Shown in pieces: positions 1 through 11,670 of a stretch of 64,000 nucleotides of DNA. How positions within the stretch are numbered: the first letter of the stretch is position 1; each line of letters starts with the position of its first letter. This DNA is from Eledone cirrhosa. Lineage: Eukaryota. A model generated the notes under the pieces. That model was not told the origin of the DNA. It did not search any database and was given only the letters and a program-made list of their open reading frames with translations. A program made the position numbers and the translations under genes. The DNA lies in NCBI GenBank assembly GCA_964016885.1, contig OZ024743.1:86118001-86182000 (forward strand), in the 5' to 3' direction.

Positions 1-350
<350 letters not shown>

Positions 351-351
351 T

Positions 352-797
352 CGTGTGGACTATGTATTGATGAATGAATAAATATTCTAAACAGATTACG
401 CAATAGTGATTGCCTAAACACGAGAAATTAATTCTTCACACGTTGTCCACACGTCTGGAAACACCTCTTATATAACTACAAAGCTCTTATATAACCAAAA
501 GCATCCTAATTTTCTTATCAACTAGAAACTTTTGAACTTTCGCAGTTATCTCTCTTACACCTCTCGCACGCAATTTAGTATTGCCTGTGTGAAGTGATCA
601 TTTCTGCACATGCGCGTTCGTACGGTTGTCCTTCCTGTTCCATATAACCATGTCCATTACGAGCTGAGGATCTGCTAAGGTGAAACAATTGTTCTCGGTA
701 TGGTGAACTAACTGTTGTGTAACCACTTCTACCTAACTCGTCCCATGGACTGAGTGCTCTACCACTACGGATATTACTTTCCAGTGTTCTACCACTA
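352..797 (+). mobile_element. Penelope-like terminal (pLTR) remnant between (TA)n arrays
   Basis: Contains a minimal hammerhead (660-697), upstream TGCACATGCG motif and downstream GGACTGAGT motif shared with other termini in the window. Confidence 0.55.
660..697 (+). ncRNA. Minimal type I hammerhead ribozyme (candidate)
   Basis: cgag-CTGAGGA-t-ct-gctaa-gg-t-GAAA-caattg-TT-ctcg; stem I cgag/ctcg, palindromic stem III ACAATTGT; stem II weak. Confidence 0.65.
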
Positions 798-811
798 TAT
801 ATATATATAAT

Positions 812-3800
812 ATGTTTTTCTTACCAATCTCTTTCACAAAACCACCGCTTCGGCTATCACTCCTTAAGTTTAGACCTGGTTGCTTTTCGATATGCTAGAT
901 GGACTATAGAATTCTGGAGAGTCTGAAGAATCTGGACACTCAATGACAATGTCAAAGATAAAGATAAATTATCATGTTGCCAGACGAGAATGCAAGGACT
1001 CCTCTTTATTTCGGCCGCGGATGGCTAACATAACCCCATCTTCCTCACCCCTCCCTGCGCTTCATCCTTCCCACCCACCAAACGCAATCCAAAACTTCAG
1101 AGTTGGTACCATGAATGTAGGCACTTTAAAAGGTTGCTCTAACGAGATTGTAGAGATGCTTGAACATAAGGAAGTTGATGTTTGCTGTATTCAAGAGACC
1201 AGGTGGAGGGGTGGGTCTGCTAGATTCATTGTGGGTAAAAAACGATGTTATAAACTTTTCTGGGTGGGAAATGACAATGGGCTGGTTGGAGTAGGAATCA
1301 TGTTAGCAGAAAAATGGGTAGATAAGGTAATAGACGTAAATAGAGTGAATGACAGAATAATCAAAATAAGACTTGTCCTAAATAGAACTACTGTGACAAT
1401 AATATCTGCGTATGCACCCTAATCCGGACTGCCTGGCGTTTTAAAGACAGATTCTATGAGTCGCTAATGCTCACTGCCTCCCAAATAACCAACAGTGACT
1501 ACATAATTATTGCTGGCGACCTAAATGATCATGTTGGACAACATTGTGACAGCTATGACGGAATCCATGGAGGCTATGGGTTTGGTACTAGAAATGAAGA
1601 AGGCTCTAGAATCCTGGAATTCTGTGACGCTAATAACCTAACTATCTGTAACACAAACTTAAAAAAATGAGATAATCACTTGATCACCTATAGATCAGGG
1701 GAACACGCCAGTCAGATAGATTATATCCTTACCAGAAGACGTGATAGAGTGTCTGTTGTAAACACTAAATCCCTCATGAAGAATGCACCTCCCAACATAG
1801 CCTCATAGTTAGCGACCTCATAGTCAGGACAAGACGTACTCGACAACAGAGGAGGACTACCCTAAGGAGAAGAATATGGAAGTTAAAGGACCCCACAGCT
1901 AGTAACGAATTTAAAAGCATATTACTTGATGCTTTTGACAGTAAGGAAGAGCAATTAGAGATGTACAATATAGAGGAACAGTGGGAATTCCTGAAAGTTA
2001 ACCTGCTGAAGGCAACAGATGAAATCTGTGGCTGGAGCAGACCTATAGGCTGGAGGAGAGTAACGTGGTGGTGGAACAGTAAGGTGGAGGAGTCAATCAA
2101 GGCCAAAAAGCAGACTTGGAAAGTATGGCAGGATGGGGGAAGTTGAGAACACTATCAAGTGGCCAGGAGGGAAGCTAGGAAACAAGTGTACCTTGCAAGA
2201 AGGGAAGCAGAGGAAAGAAAGTTCAAGCATGTTTTACAACGCGAGGACCAAAGACCGTGAGGTGTTCAGGATTGCTAGGCAATGTGTCAAGGAAAACCAT
2301 GATATTGTCGGGGAGAAGTGTGTCCATAATGATGATGGTGTACTTGCCATCACTGATGCTGACAAGAAGGAAGCTTGGAAGTGTCACTATGAGAGGCTAC
2401 TAAATGAGGAGAATAAATGGGAAAAAGATCCAATAGATGGACCAGCAGTGCAAGTTGAAGGTAGTATAATAAGTAAGGCAGTCAAAGATATGAATACAGG
2501 CAAGGCTGCTGGGCCTTTGGCTTCGGAGATAGTTGCTGAAATGCTGAAAGCATCAGGAACGGTGGGACACACTATGGTCACCCGGATAGTAAACCAAGTC
2601 ATACAGAATGGCGTCATACCAAAAGACTGGCGTAGCAGCATCATCATTAACTGCTACAAGGGTAAAGGAGATGCCCTAGATAGGGGAAACTATAGAGGCA
2701 TTAAATTAATTGACCAGGTCATGAAGGTCACAGAAAAAGTTATAGCGCAACTAATCAGAGAACAAATTGATCTAGACGAACTGCAGTTTGGGTTTGTGTC
2801 AGGTAAAAGTACCACAGACGCTCTTTTCCTTGTACGACAACTACAAGAGAAGTACCTAGCTAAAAGTAAACCTCTCTACTTAGCTTTTGTTGACTTGGAG
2901 AAAGCATTTGACAGAGTCCCCTTTGCTTTTATCTGGTGGGCCCTTAGAAAACTAGGAGTTGATGAATGGTTTCTGAGAGCCATACAAGCCATGTATAAAG
3001 AAACAGTCAGCCAGGTTAGTATTAACAACGAATATAGTGAAGAGTTTAGTGTAAAAGTTGGTGTTCATCAAGGCTGTCCTAAGCACCCTACTATTTATTA
3101 TTGCCCTTCAGGCTATAACAGAGGAGTTCAAGACCGGCTGCCCATGGGAACTCTATATGCAGATGATCTAACGCTCATAGCTGAATCAATGGCTGAACTA
3201 GAGAAGAAATTCCAAACATGGAAGCATGGCCTAGAATCAAAAGGCCTTAAAGTTAACTTGTCTAAGACTAAAGTTTTAGTATGTAGGAAGGAAAATGGGG
3301 CACAGGTACCCTCTGGGAAATGGCCATGCTCAGTGTGTAGGAAAGGAGTAGGTAGAAATTCCATTTTATGTCCCAAATGCAAAGTATGGGTACATAAAAG
3401 ATGTAGTGGGATCACAGGTAAGCTATCCAAGAACGTAGATTTTATATGTGGCCGGTGCTCAGGTGCAATAAGTAGCAAGTGCCCACAGGATACTAGCTCC
3501 TTCTATTGCCCAGATGGCTCTATAGAAATAGTGGACACCTTCCATTACCTGGGTGACAAAATCAGCAGTGGTGGAGGGTGTTCAGAAAGTACAGTAGCCA
3601 GAGTCAGAACGGGATGGAAAAAGTTCAGAGAGCTTATACCACTATTGGCCACTAAAGGTTTCTCTCTAAAAATGAAAGGCAGACAGTATGATGCCTGCAT
3701 ACGAACAGCAATGTTACATGGCAGTGAGACATGGGCAGAAGATCTGCTCAGGCTGGAGAGGAACGAAGCATGCATGCTCCGCTGGATGTGTAATAGTAAT

Positions 3801-4165
3801 ATACATGAACAGCAAAGCATAAAAGAACTAAATGAGAAATTAGGTATAAGAGGGATCAGATGCTGTTTACTCGAGAGAAGACTACATTGGTATGGTCACG
3901 AGATGCGCATGAAAGACAACAGCTGTATAAAAAAGTGGGTGTCATGACAAAAAAACACACAGCTCACGCTGTAATGTGGCCGTGTAGGTAACACGGTAAA
4001 AACCTCACAGTCCACACTGTAAACGTGGTTGGTGTTAGGAAGGGCATCCAGCCGTAGAAAACCCGCCAGACAGTCCTATACGAGCGAGACGAGCAAGTGG
4101 GACAATCCCCATCTAAACCCAAGCTAGCGTGGAAGATAGATGTTAACCGATGATGATGATGATGA
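812..4165 (+). pseudogene. RTE LINE family B, near full-length decayed copy (APE + RT + PHD)
   Basis: ORF pieces 943-1422, 1467-1670, 1961-2146, 2133-3947 with GTMNVG, CCIQETRW, SAYAP, YADD; stop codons and frameshifts; deletion near 3935; (GAT)n tail. Confidence 0.95.
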
Positions 4166-4210
<45 letters not shown>

Positions 4211-4213
<3 letters not shown>

Positions 4214-4725
4214 CGTTTCTGAATTTGTTTAGCAAGATTCTTTATCTGAAATCGTGTGTTGAAACCGGTACTGTTATACTTTGGGAGGGTCATGTTGCCA
4301 ATAAGAAACACACGCACCAGTTGCTTTCACTTCAATTTATTATATATTTATAAATTTACAAATCTACAAACTTATAAATTTCTGGTTGGTTGGTTGGTTC
4401 CACAACCAGATAGTTGTTTATATATAGTCATAGTCCTTTCGTCACACACTCTGTGACCTCTTCAGTGACTGGGGATTCCTTTCTTTGTTTCTGTGCCTTT
4501 CCTTTCTTCTGTCCTACGCCATTTTGTTTCTGTGTGTGTGTTGTGTGCTCAGTTTGCGCATGCGCCACATCCGGGTGTCTGTGTGTGTGTGTTTGTGTTC
4601 ATTTATCTATTTGTTTATTTATTTATTTATTTATTGTTGGTTGGTTGTTTGTTCTATGTGTGTGTGTGTTTTCATTTTGTCCTTAATTGTAAGTTGTGAT
4701 GTTGCTGTTCCACTCATATTTTCTA
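4211..4725 (-). mobile_element. Solo Penelope-like pLTR plus ORF-start tail, related to the element at 45681-49225
   Basis: TGCGCATGCG, AAAATGGCG, hammerhead, then ATG (4293) encoding MTLPKYNSTGFNTRFQIKNLAKQ, homologous to 45682-45750. Confidence 0.7.
4426..4470 (-). ncRNA. Minimal type I hammerhead ribozyme
   Basis: agtca-CTGAAGA-g-gtcac-agagtgt-gtgac-GAAA-ggac-TA-tgact; perfect 5-bp stems I and II. Confidence 0.85.
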
Positions 4726-4726
4726 T

Positions 4727-5226
4727 TTAATTTTGGTTGTAATTCTTTTGCAATTGTCCTTTCCTCATCTTGTATGAAACATAGCGAATGTCTTCATGTA
4801 CCACCAGCCTAATGAGCTTTTCATCCACGCCTTTCTCCCTTGCAATGGCACGCATCGACTTGCTAGGTTCATTGTTGATGATATCCTGAACTTCAGCGAT
4901 GAACTCGGGTGTTCTAAAGGCGCTAGATCGTCGATCATGTGTTTTCCTCTCTGATGTTGTTTCGTAGTCGAATCCTAAATCTTCCAATTCCTTTCTGACC
5001 TTTTCCACGATTCTCCTGCTGACGCTGAGAAAGTCTGAAATTTCCTTATTTGTCCTCCCGGCGCGGATTCCAAGAAGAACTCCATGTCTCTTCCATAAAT
5101 TATTCTGAAAATAAATAATGGAAATATAGTCACTGTTTTTATGAAGACAAGAGTGACAATGGAAGTAAAAAAAATTTGCATAAAATTAGCAGTTGAAAAT
5201 TGCGAACAAATATCATCCACACCCTG
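4727..5226 (-). mobile_element. Tc1/mariner-superfamily (maT-like) 5' remnant with N-terminal HTH
   Basis: RTPEFIAEVQDII...KSMRAIAREKGVDEKLIRLVVHEDI HTH-like peptide; terminus TA|CAGGGTG on the - strand. Confidence 0.7.
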
Positions 5227-5290
5227 TATATAATATATATATATATATATAGTATATATATATTATATATATATATATATGTATATATAT

Positions 5291-5411
<121 letters not shown>

Positions 5412-5575
5412 ATATATATATATATATATACGATATTAACAAATGGAAACTATATTTATAAAACCATATTTATTTCATTATACATATTTCAAGGACACCA
5501 AGTTAAATTATGGTGTGCTTTCATCAGATAAAATATAATATAGAGCAGTTTTATAAATAAATATTGACATACCGT

Positions 5576-5918
5576 GGAGGCACATGGCTTAGTGGTTAGA
5601 ACATTGGCCTTGCAATCGAAAGGTTGTGAGTTCAATTCTCAGACCGGGTGATGTGTTGTTTCCTTGAGCAAGACACTTTATTTCACATTGCTCCAGTTTA
5701 CTCAGCTGTAGAAATGAGATGATAGGGACTGGGGTCCATATCATTCCACTGCAAAGTGGTTGTGTAGGTGCCACGGCAAAAAAGCACGCAGCACTCACTG
5801 CAAATGAGGTTGGTGTTAGGAAGGGCATCCAGCTGTAGAAATCAAGCCAAAATCAGTTACCGTCCCACCCTTGCAAGCAGGGAAAAAGCGGACGTAAAAT
5901 GAAATGATGATGATGATG
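5576..5918 (+). mobile_element. tRNA-derived CORE/Ceph-type SINE (family 1)
   Basis: A box TGGCTTAGTGG, B box GAGTTCAATTC, CORE-like CCTTGAGCAAGACACTT, RTE-UTR-derived body, (GAT)n tail. Confidence 0.85.
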
Positions 5919-6429
5919 AAATGATACCCTTAAAGAATGCAACCATTACTGTTGGAAGCTCCTGGATAGTATCTATATTTGCTTGTTGTATCCCAACAAT
6001 TTAAATAGAACTTTTACATATATATATATATATATTATATATATAATATATATTATATATATATATTATATATATAATATATATTATATATATATTATAT
6101 ATATATAATATATATTATATATATATATATCATCATCATCATCATCACCGTTTTACGTCCGTTCTTCCACGCTAGCATGGGTTAGACGGGTTGTCCTGTT
6201 GTGGGCAGTGTCTGGTCGGCTGACCATGCCTTGCTCATACAGGAACTGATCTGGCTTGATTTCTACAGCTGGATGCCCTTCCTAACACCAACCTCATTTA
6301 CAGTGAGTGCTGGGTGCTTTTTCGTGGCGCCTACACGTCCACTTTACAGTGTGGGCTGGGTGCTTTTTTGCCGTGGCACCTCCACGGCCACCTTGCGGTG
6401 GGGGGGGGGGGGCATATTGTTTATATGCT

Positions 6430-9400
6430 TCAGCATGTACCCATGGGAGGTCGGGTACCCTGTATTACTGCGTGACGCCAGAAGTCACGGTCGTGTGTCA
6501 TTGACTTTGAGAGGTGTAGTTGGGTAAGGTCGGCTTTTATCACCTCATCCCAAGTCATCTTGGGTCTCCCCACTCTGCGGTTTCCATCAACTTCTAGTGC
6601 TCTGCACCTTTTTATGCAGCTGTCATCCTTCATACGCATCACATGTCCATACCAGCGTAACCGCCTCTCCTGCACGCAGCATTTGATTCCTCTTATGCTC
6701 AGTCTCTCTCTCAATTCCTTTATGCTTTGTCGTTCACGTATATTACTGTTACACATCCATCGGAGCATGCAGGCTTCGTTTCTCTCTAATCTACGTAAGT
6801 CTTCCACCTTCAGCGCCCAGGTCTCACTACCATGCAACATCGCTGTTCGGATACACGCATCATACAGTCTGCCTTTCATTCTGAGGGAGAAGCCTTTTGC
6901 AGCTAGCAGTGGTAGTAGTTCCCTAAACTTCTTCCATCCCGTTCTTACCCTAGTTATTGTACTTTCTGAGCACCCACCTCCGTTGCTAATTCGGTCACCT
7001 AGGTAGCAGAAGCTGTCTACTGTTTCTACAGGGCCCTCCCAGAGATTGGTGGTACTTGTTTCCTGTGGCTGTTTGCTTGCTGTTTCAGCACAGCTGCTGC
7101 ATGTGAATCCTACATTCTTAATTAAGCTTCCTGAGATCCCGCTACATCTCTTGTGTACCCATTGTTTGCATTTGGGGCAGAGAATGGAGTTCCTACCTAC
7201 ACCTTTCCTACATACTGAGCAAGGCCATTTCCCTGAGGGGATCTGGGTTCTGTTTTCTCGTCTACTTACAAGGACCTTAGTCTTTGTCATGTTGACTTTG
7301 AGGCCCTTTCTCTCTAGTCCCTGCTTCCAGGTTTGGAATTTATTCTCTAGTTCTACCATAGATTCAGCTATGAGTGCGAGGTCATCAGCATACAGGAGTT
7401 CCCATGGGCATCCGGTCTTAAACTCCTCCGTTATTGCCTGCAGGACTATGATGAACAGGAGAGGGCTAAGAACAGAGCCCTGGTGTACCCCAACCTGTAC
7501 GCTAAATTCCTCGCTATACTCATTGCCAATCCTAACTTTGCTGACTGCTCCCCTATACATGGCTTGTACCGCTTTCACAAGCCATTCATCTACTCCTAGT
7601 TTTCTAAGAGCCCACCAGATTACTGCACGTGGAACTCTGTCAAAGGCTTTCTCAAGGTCGACAAATGCCAAGTAGAGTGGCTTACTTTTAGCTAGGTACT
7701 TTTCCTGTAATTGCCTCACAAGGAAGAGGGCATCAGTGGTGCCTTTCCCTGGTACAAACCCAAATTGCATCTCGTCTATATTCACCCGGTCCCTAATCAG
7801 CTGTGCTATAACTCTTTCTGTTAATTTCATGACCTGGTCCATCAACTTTATACCTCTATAGTTTCCTCTATCTAGTGCATCGCCTTTACCTTTGTAGCAG
7901 TTGACAATGATGCTACTGCACCAATCTTTTGGTATGGCCCCCTCTAGTATTACCTGGTTAACGATACGTGTGGTTATAGTGTGACCTACAGACCCAGATG
8001 CCTTCAGCATCTCGGCAGCTATACCCGATGGACCGGTTGCCTTCCCTATCTTCATATCTCTGATTGCCTTACTTACTACGCTGCCGCTGACTTGTACTGC
8101 TGGTCCCTCTATAGGGTCTACGTGGGGTAGGGTCTCTTCTTCCCATGCATTCTCCTCATTTAGTAATCTATCATAATGACTCTTCCATGCATCTTTCTTC
8201 TCAGCACTTGTGAGGGCAAGCTCACCTTTATCATTCCGGATACACTTCTCTCCAATGACATCACAACTATCTCTGACACACTGCCTCGCAATCTTGAATA
8301 CCTCCTGTTTCTGGTCCTCACGTTGTAAAACATGCTTGAATTTTCTATCCTCTGCTTCCCTCCTAGCTAAGTATACTTGTCGCCTAGCTTCCCTCTTGGT
8401 CTCTATGTAATGTACCCTGCTCCCCCCGTTCTTCCATTCTTTCCATGCCTGTCTCTTGGCCTTGACTGCTTCATCTACCTTATTGTTCCACCACCAAGTC
8501 ACTCTCCTCCTGCTTGAGGTCTTACTCCAGCCACAAACCTCATCCGTCGCCTCTAGTAAGTTATTTTTTAGGAACTCCCAGTTCTCTTCTACGTTAAATG
8601 TCTGTATCTGTTCTTCTTTACTGTCGTAGGCGTTGAGTAAAATATCTTTAAATCTGTTACTGGTTGAGGGGACTTTCAGCTTCCAGATCTTTCTTCTCCA
8701 GGTTGGCCTCTGTTTCAGGGCTCGTCTAGTTCTGACCGTGAGGTCGCTGACAACTAAGCTATGTTGGGATGTACATTCCTCACTAGGGAAGGCTTTTGTG
8801 TTTACGACCGTCCATCTGTCACGTCCTCTGATGAGGATAAGATCTAACTGACTAGAGTGCTCCCCTGATCTATAGGTGATCAGGTGGTTGTCGGGTTTTT
8901 TAAAGTTTGTGTTACATATCGACATGTCATTGGCGTCGCAGAATTCTAGAAGTCTGAATCCTTCCTCATTCCTTGTGCCAACTCCATGGCCTCCATGTAC
9001 TCTATTGAAGCCGTCGCAGTGTTTACCTACGTGTCCGTTAAAATCTCCTGCAATGATTAGGAAGTCCTTGTCGTCTGTTAGAGCAGTAGTGTGTATTAGG
9101 GACTCGTAAAACCTATCCTTAAGTTCGTCTGGCAGCCCCGATTGGGGTGCGTAAGCTGATATTATTGTGGTAATTGTCTTATTCAGGACTAGTCTAAGTT
9201 TAATGATTCTTGCATTTACCCTGTACACTGAGATTACTTTATCTACCCACTTGTCAGCTAATAGTATACCTACACCACCCATCCCATCGTCATTTCCCAC
9301 CCAGAAAAATTTGTAGCACTGGCTTTTTCCTACAAGGACTCTAGCAGACCCTCCTCTCCATCTAGTCTCTTGCACACAGCATACATCAACTTCCTTTCGC

Positions 9401-9549
9401 TCTAGCATTTCTACGATTTCTCCTGCTCTTCCTTTCATTGAGCCTACATTGATGGTACCAACTCGGAGTTTTGGGCATTTGTCGACACTCGTAGGGGAGG
9501 GTCTCTGGGTTGGCGCTTCACGTGGGTGCTTGGTAGCTCGCAGATTCAT
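6430..9549 (-). CDS. RTE polyprotein (APE endonuclease + reverse transcriptase with inserted PHD finger), 1039 aa, intact
   Basis: GTINVG, QETRW, AGDFNGH, SQH, QFGF, FVDLEKAFD, QGSVLSP, YADD, C4HC3 motif, [13 protein letters not shown]. Confidence 0.97.
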   Translation of the reverse strand: MNLRATKHPREAPTQRPSPTSVDKCPKLRVGTINVGSMKGRAGEIVEMLERKEVDVCCVQETRWRGGSARVLVGKSQCYKFFWVGNDDGMGGVGILLADKWVDKVISVYRVNARIIKLRLVLNKTITTIISAYAPQSGLPDELKDRFYESLIHTTALTDDKDFLIIAGDFNGHVGKHCDGFNRVHGGHGVGTRNEEGFRLLEFCDANDMSICNTNFKKPDNHLITYRSGEHSSQLDLILIRGRDRWTVVNTKAFPSEECTSQHSLVVSDLTVRTRRALKQRPTWRRKIWKLKVPSTSNRFKDILLNAYDSKEEQIQTFNVEENWEFLKNNLLEATDEVCGWSKTSSRRRVTWWWNNKVDEAVKAKRQAWKEWKNGGSRVHYIETKREARRQVYLARREAEDRKFKHVLQREDQKQEVFKIARQCVRDSCDVIGEKCIRNDKGELALTSAEKKDAWKSHYDRLLNEENAWEEETLPHVDPIEGPAVQVSGSVVSKAIRDMKIGKATGPSGIAAEMLKASGSVGHTITTRIVNQVILEGAIPKDWCSSIIVNCYKGKGDALDRGNYRGIKLMDQVMKLTERVIAQLIRDRVNIDEMQFGFVPGKGTTDALFLVRQLQEKYLAKSKPLYLAFVDLEKAFDRVPRAVIWWALRKLGVDEWLVKAVQAMYRGAVSKVRIGNEYSEEFSVQVGVHQGSVLSPLLFIIVLQAITEEFKTGCPWELLYADDLALIAESMVELENKFQTWKQGLERKGLKVNMTKTKVLVSRRENRTQIPSGKWPCSVCRKGVGRNSILCPKCKQWVHKRCSGISGSLIKNVGFTCSSCAETASKQPQETSTTNLWEGPVETVDSFCYLGDRISNGGGCSESTITRVRTGWKKFRELLPLLAAKGFSLRMKGRLYDACIRTAMLHGSETWALKVEDLRRLERNEACMLRWMCNSNIRERQSIKELRERLSIRGIKCCVQERRLRWYGHVMRMKDDSCIKRCRALEVDGNRRVGRPKMTWDEVIKADLTQLHLSKSMTHDRDFWRHAVIQGTRPPMGTC

Positions 9550-9789
9550 ATTTCATCTATTGATTCAGAGTTGCTCGTGTATTCCCAGCTCATCCATCCA
9601 TAACGGTGGGAAAATTGAGGGCTAGAAGAACAGTGGTGGTGGGGTAATGGCAGGGTGTGTTGGGATGCGCCAGAGGAGGAGAGAGTTAGTTAGGCAGGTA
9701 GTAGCAGCAGCAGTGGAAATGGCATGCTAGGTTTGATTGGTCGAATAGACTATGGTGGTGTGTGGGGGTGGGGGGGAGGGAAATTGTGA

Positions 9790-10496
9790 GGTAGGAACTG
9801 AGGGTCGCATGGTAAATATCCAAGTTAATACTACATCAGTAAAATTAACAATAATAACGTCATGAAAAAAACTACTAAGAGAAACCCTAGAAAATTTATC
9901 GCTAATACAGCAGGGAAAATTTAACGCTAATACAGCAGGGAACATCATAATATTAACGACAATATGTAGGCTAAAATACCTTCGTAGATTAGATGGATGG
10001 CTGGAATAATTGGAGTCAGCTCTAGTGATACATTTTAGCAGAGAAGAATGGGAAAGTATCTTATCTCTTCAATATTTTCAGATTGAATGAATTAGGTTAA
10101 AGACAGGGTAGTAAGCCTTAAAGAAGTGCATAGAGAGGGGGGGTAGGAACTGAGGGTCGCATGGTAAATATCCAAGTTAATACTACATCAGTAAAATTAA
10201 CAATAATAACGTCATGAAAAAAACTACTAAGAGAAACCCTAGAAAATTTATCGCTAATTCAGCAGGGAAAATTTAACGCTAATACAGCAGGGAACATCAT
10301 AATATTAACGACAATATGTAGGCTAAAATACCTTCGTAGATTAGATGGATGGCTGGAATAATTGGAGTCAGCTCTAGTGATACATTTTAGCAGAGAAGAA
10401 TGGGAAAGTATCTTATCTCTTCAATATTTTCAGATTGAATGAATTAGGTTAAAGACAGGGTAGTAAGCCTTAAAGAAGTGCATAGAGAGGGGGGGT
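9790..10496. repeat. Two-copy ~352 bp tandem repeat at the 5' end of RTE-A
   Basis: gtaggaactgagggtcgc at 9791 and 10143; copies almost identical. Confidence 0.9.
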
Positions 10497-10617
10497 ATAT
10501 ATATATAATATATAATATATATTATATATATATATTATATATATATAATATATATTATATATATATATATATATATTGGAAAATGTGTGTAATCCTTGGT
10601 ACAGTTAGGTATATTAA

Positions 10618-11670
10618 GACAGGGGGGAAGAAAAAAATGGCTTCACTTGTGCTTTCAACAAATTTATTTTCTTCACAAAATCCAAAAATAATTTTTTTCC
10701 GGATTAGAAAAAATTTCTATGCATGTATGTGTGAACGGATGTATATATACGGACATATGTATATGTGTGTGTGTGTGTGTGTGTATGTGTGTATGTGTGT
10801 GTGTATGTGTATATATGTATATTTAGTTATGTATCTTTATGTGTGTATATATGTGTATATGTATGTATATATATATATATATATATATATACCCATGTGG
10901 AGGTATGAGTACATATTCGTGTGTGTACGTATGTGTATATGTGTTTTTATATGTGTCTTTATATGTTTTTGTGTATGTATGTGGATGTATATGTACATGG
11001 GTGTGTGATTAATGGTGTGTGCCTATATATTCCTACATATGCCCGTGTGTGTATGTACGTATATACGCACATATGTGTGTGTTGAACAAAGGACTAATTT
11101 TGGGATGGACGTAGAAAAATTCTTCAGGGTGAAAAATAATTGTTTACAAGCTTGGCAGGTGCTGTTTGCTTATGACCATTTTAGATACAAAGGAATACTA
11201 AAAGCTTTTTCCACTGAATAAAGGAATTTTTCGAGAATGACCGGGGCAGGCCGCGCTTGCTACATTTCTCCCCACCCAACCCTACTCACTGTCTCAACTC
11301 ATTACTGCTATTAACATTTCTCAACACACCTACACCCCTACATTTATTAAAGGGGGAGAGGAAAAAAAAAAAAAAAAAAAACCCCACCGCACCACAGACA
11401 TGTTAAATCCCTATATATAGAACAACACACCACATACACATCAGTTTGACAAGCGCACCTCAGTGTGAAAGGTCTTTCTAAATCGAAACAATACCTCCTA
11501 CGTTAACCAAGAACTCCTAAGACCTAACCAACAACCAACGACTTAATTTATAAAATAAAAAAAAATAAAAAAAATGCTTTCTAATCCGGAAAAAAATTCT
11601 TTTTGGATTTTGTGAAGAAAATAAATTTGTTGAAAGCACAAGTGAAGCCATTTTTTTCTTCCCCCCTGTC
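10618..11670. mobile_element. Non-autonomous DNA transposon with ~95 bp TIRs, flanked by TTAA
   Basis: TTAA|GACAGGGGGGAAG...ccggattagaaa is inverted at 11578-11670|TTAA; no coding capacity. Confidence 0.75.

Larger units (their letters stand above)
6129..10496 (-). mobile_element. RTE LINE family A, apparently full-length copy
   Basis: Intact ORF, ~950 bp upstream region, 3' UTR ending in (GAT)n, flanked by (TA)n on both sides. Confidence 0.95.

Noticed and set aside
5576-5655. tRNA gene
   Set aside because: tRNA-like head continues into CORE and a LINE-derived tail; it is a SINE.
5589-5828. 79-aa ORF MPFLTPT... repeated several times
   Set aside because: Antisense reading of SINE/RTE UTR sequence; not a gene family.
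6560-9109. Recurrent antisense ORFs over RTE copies
   Set aside because: Shadows of the sense ORF; they recur because the elements are homologous.
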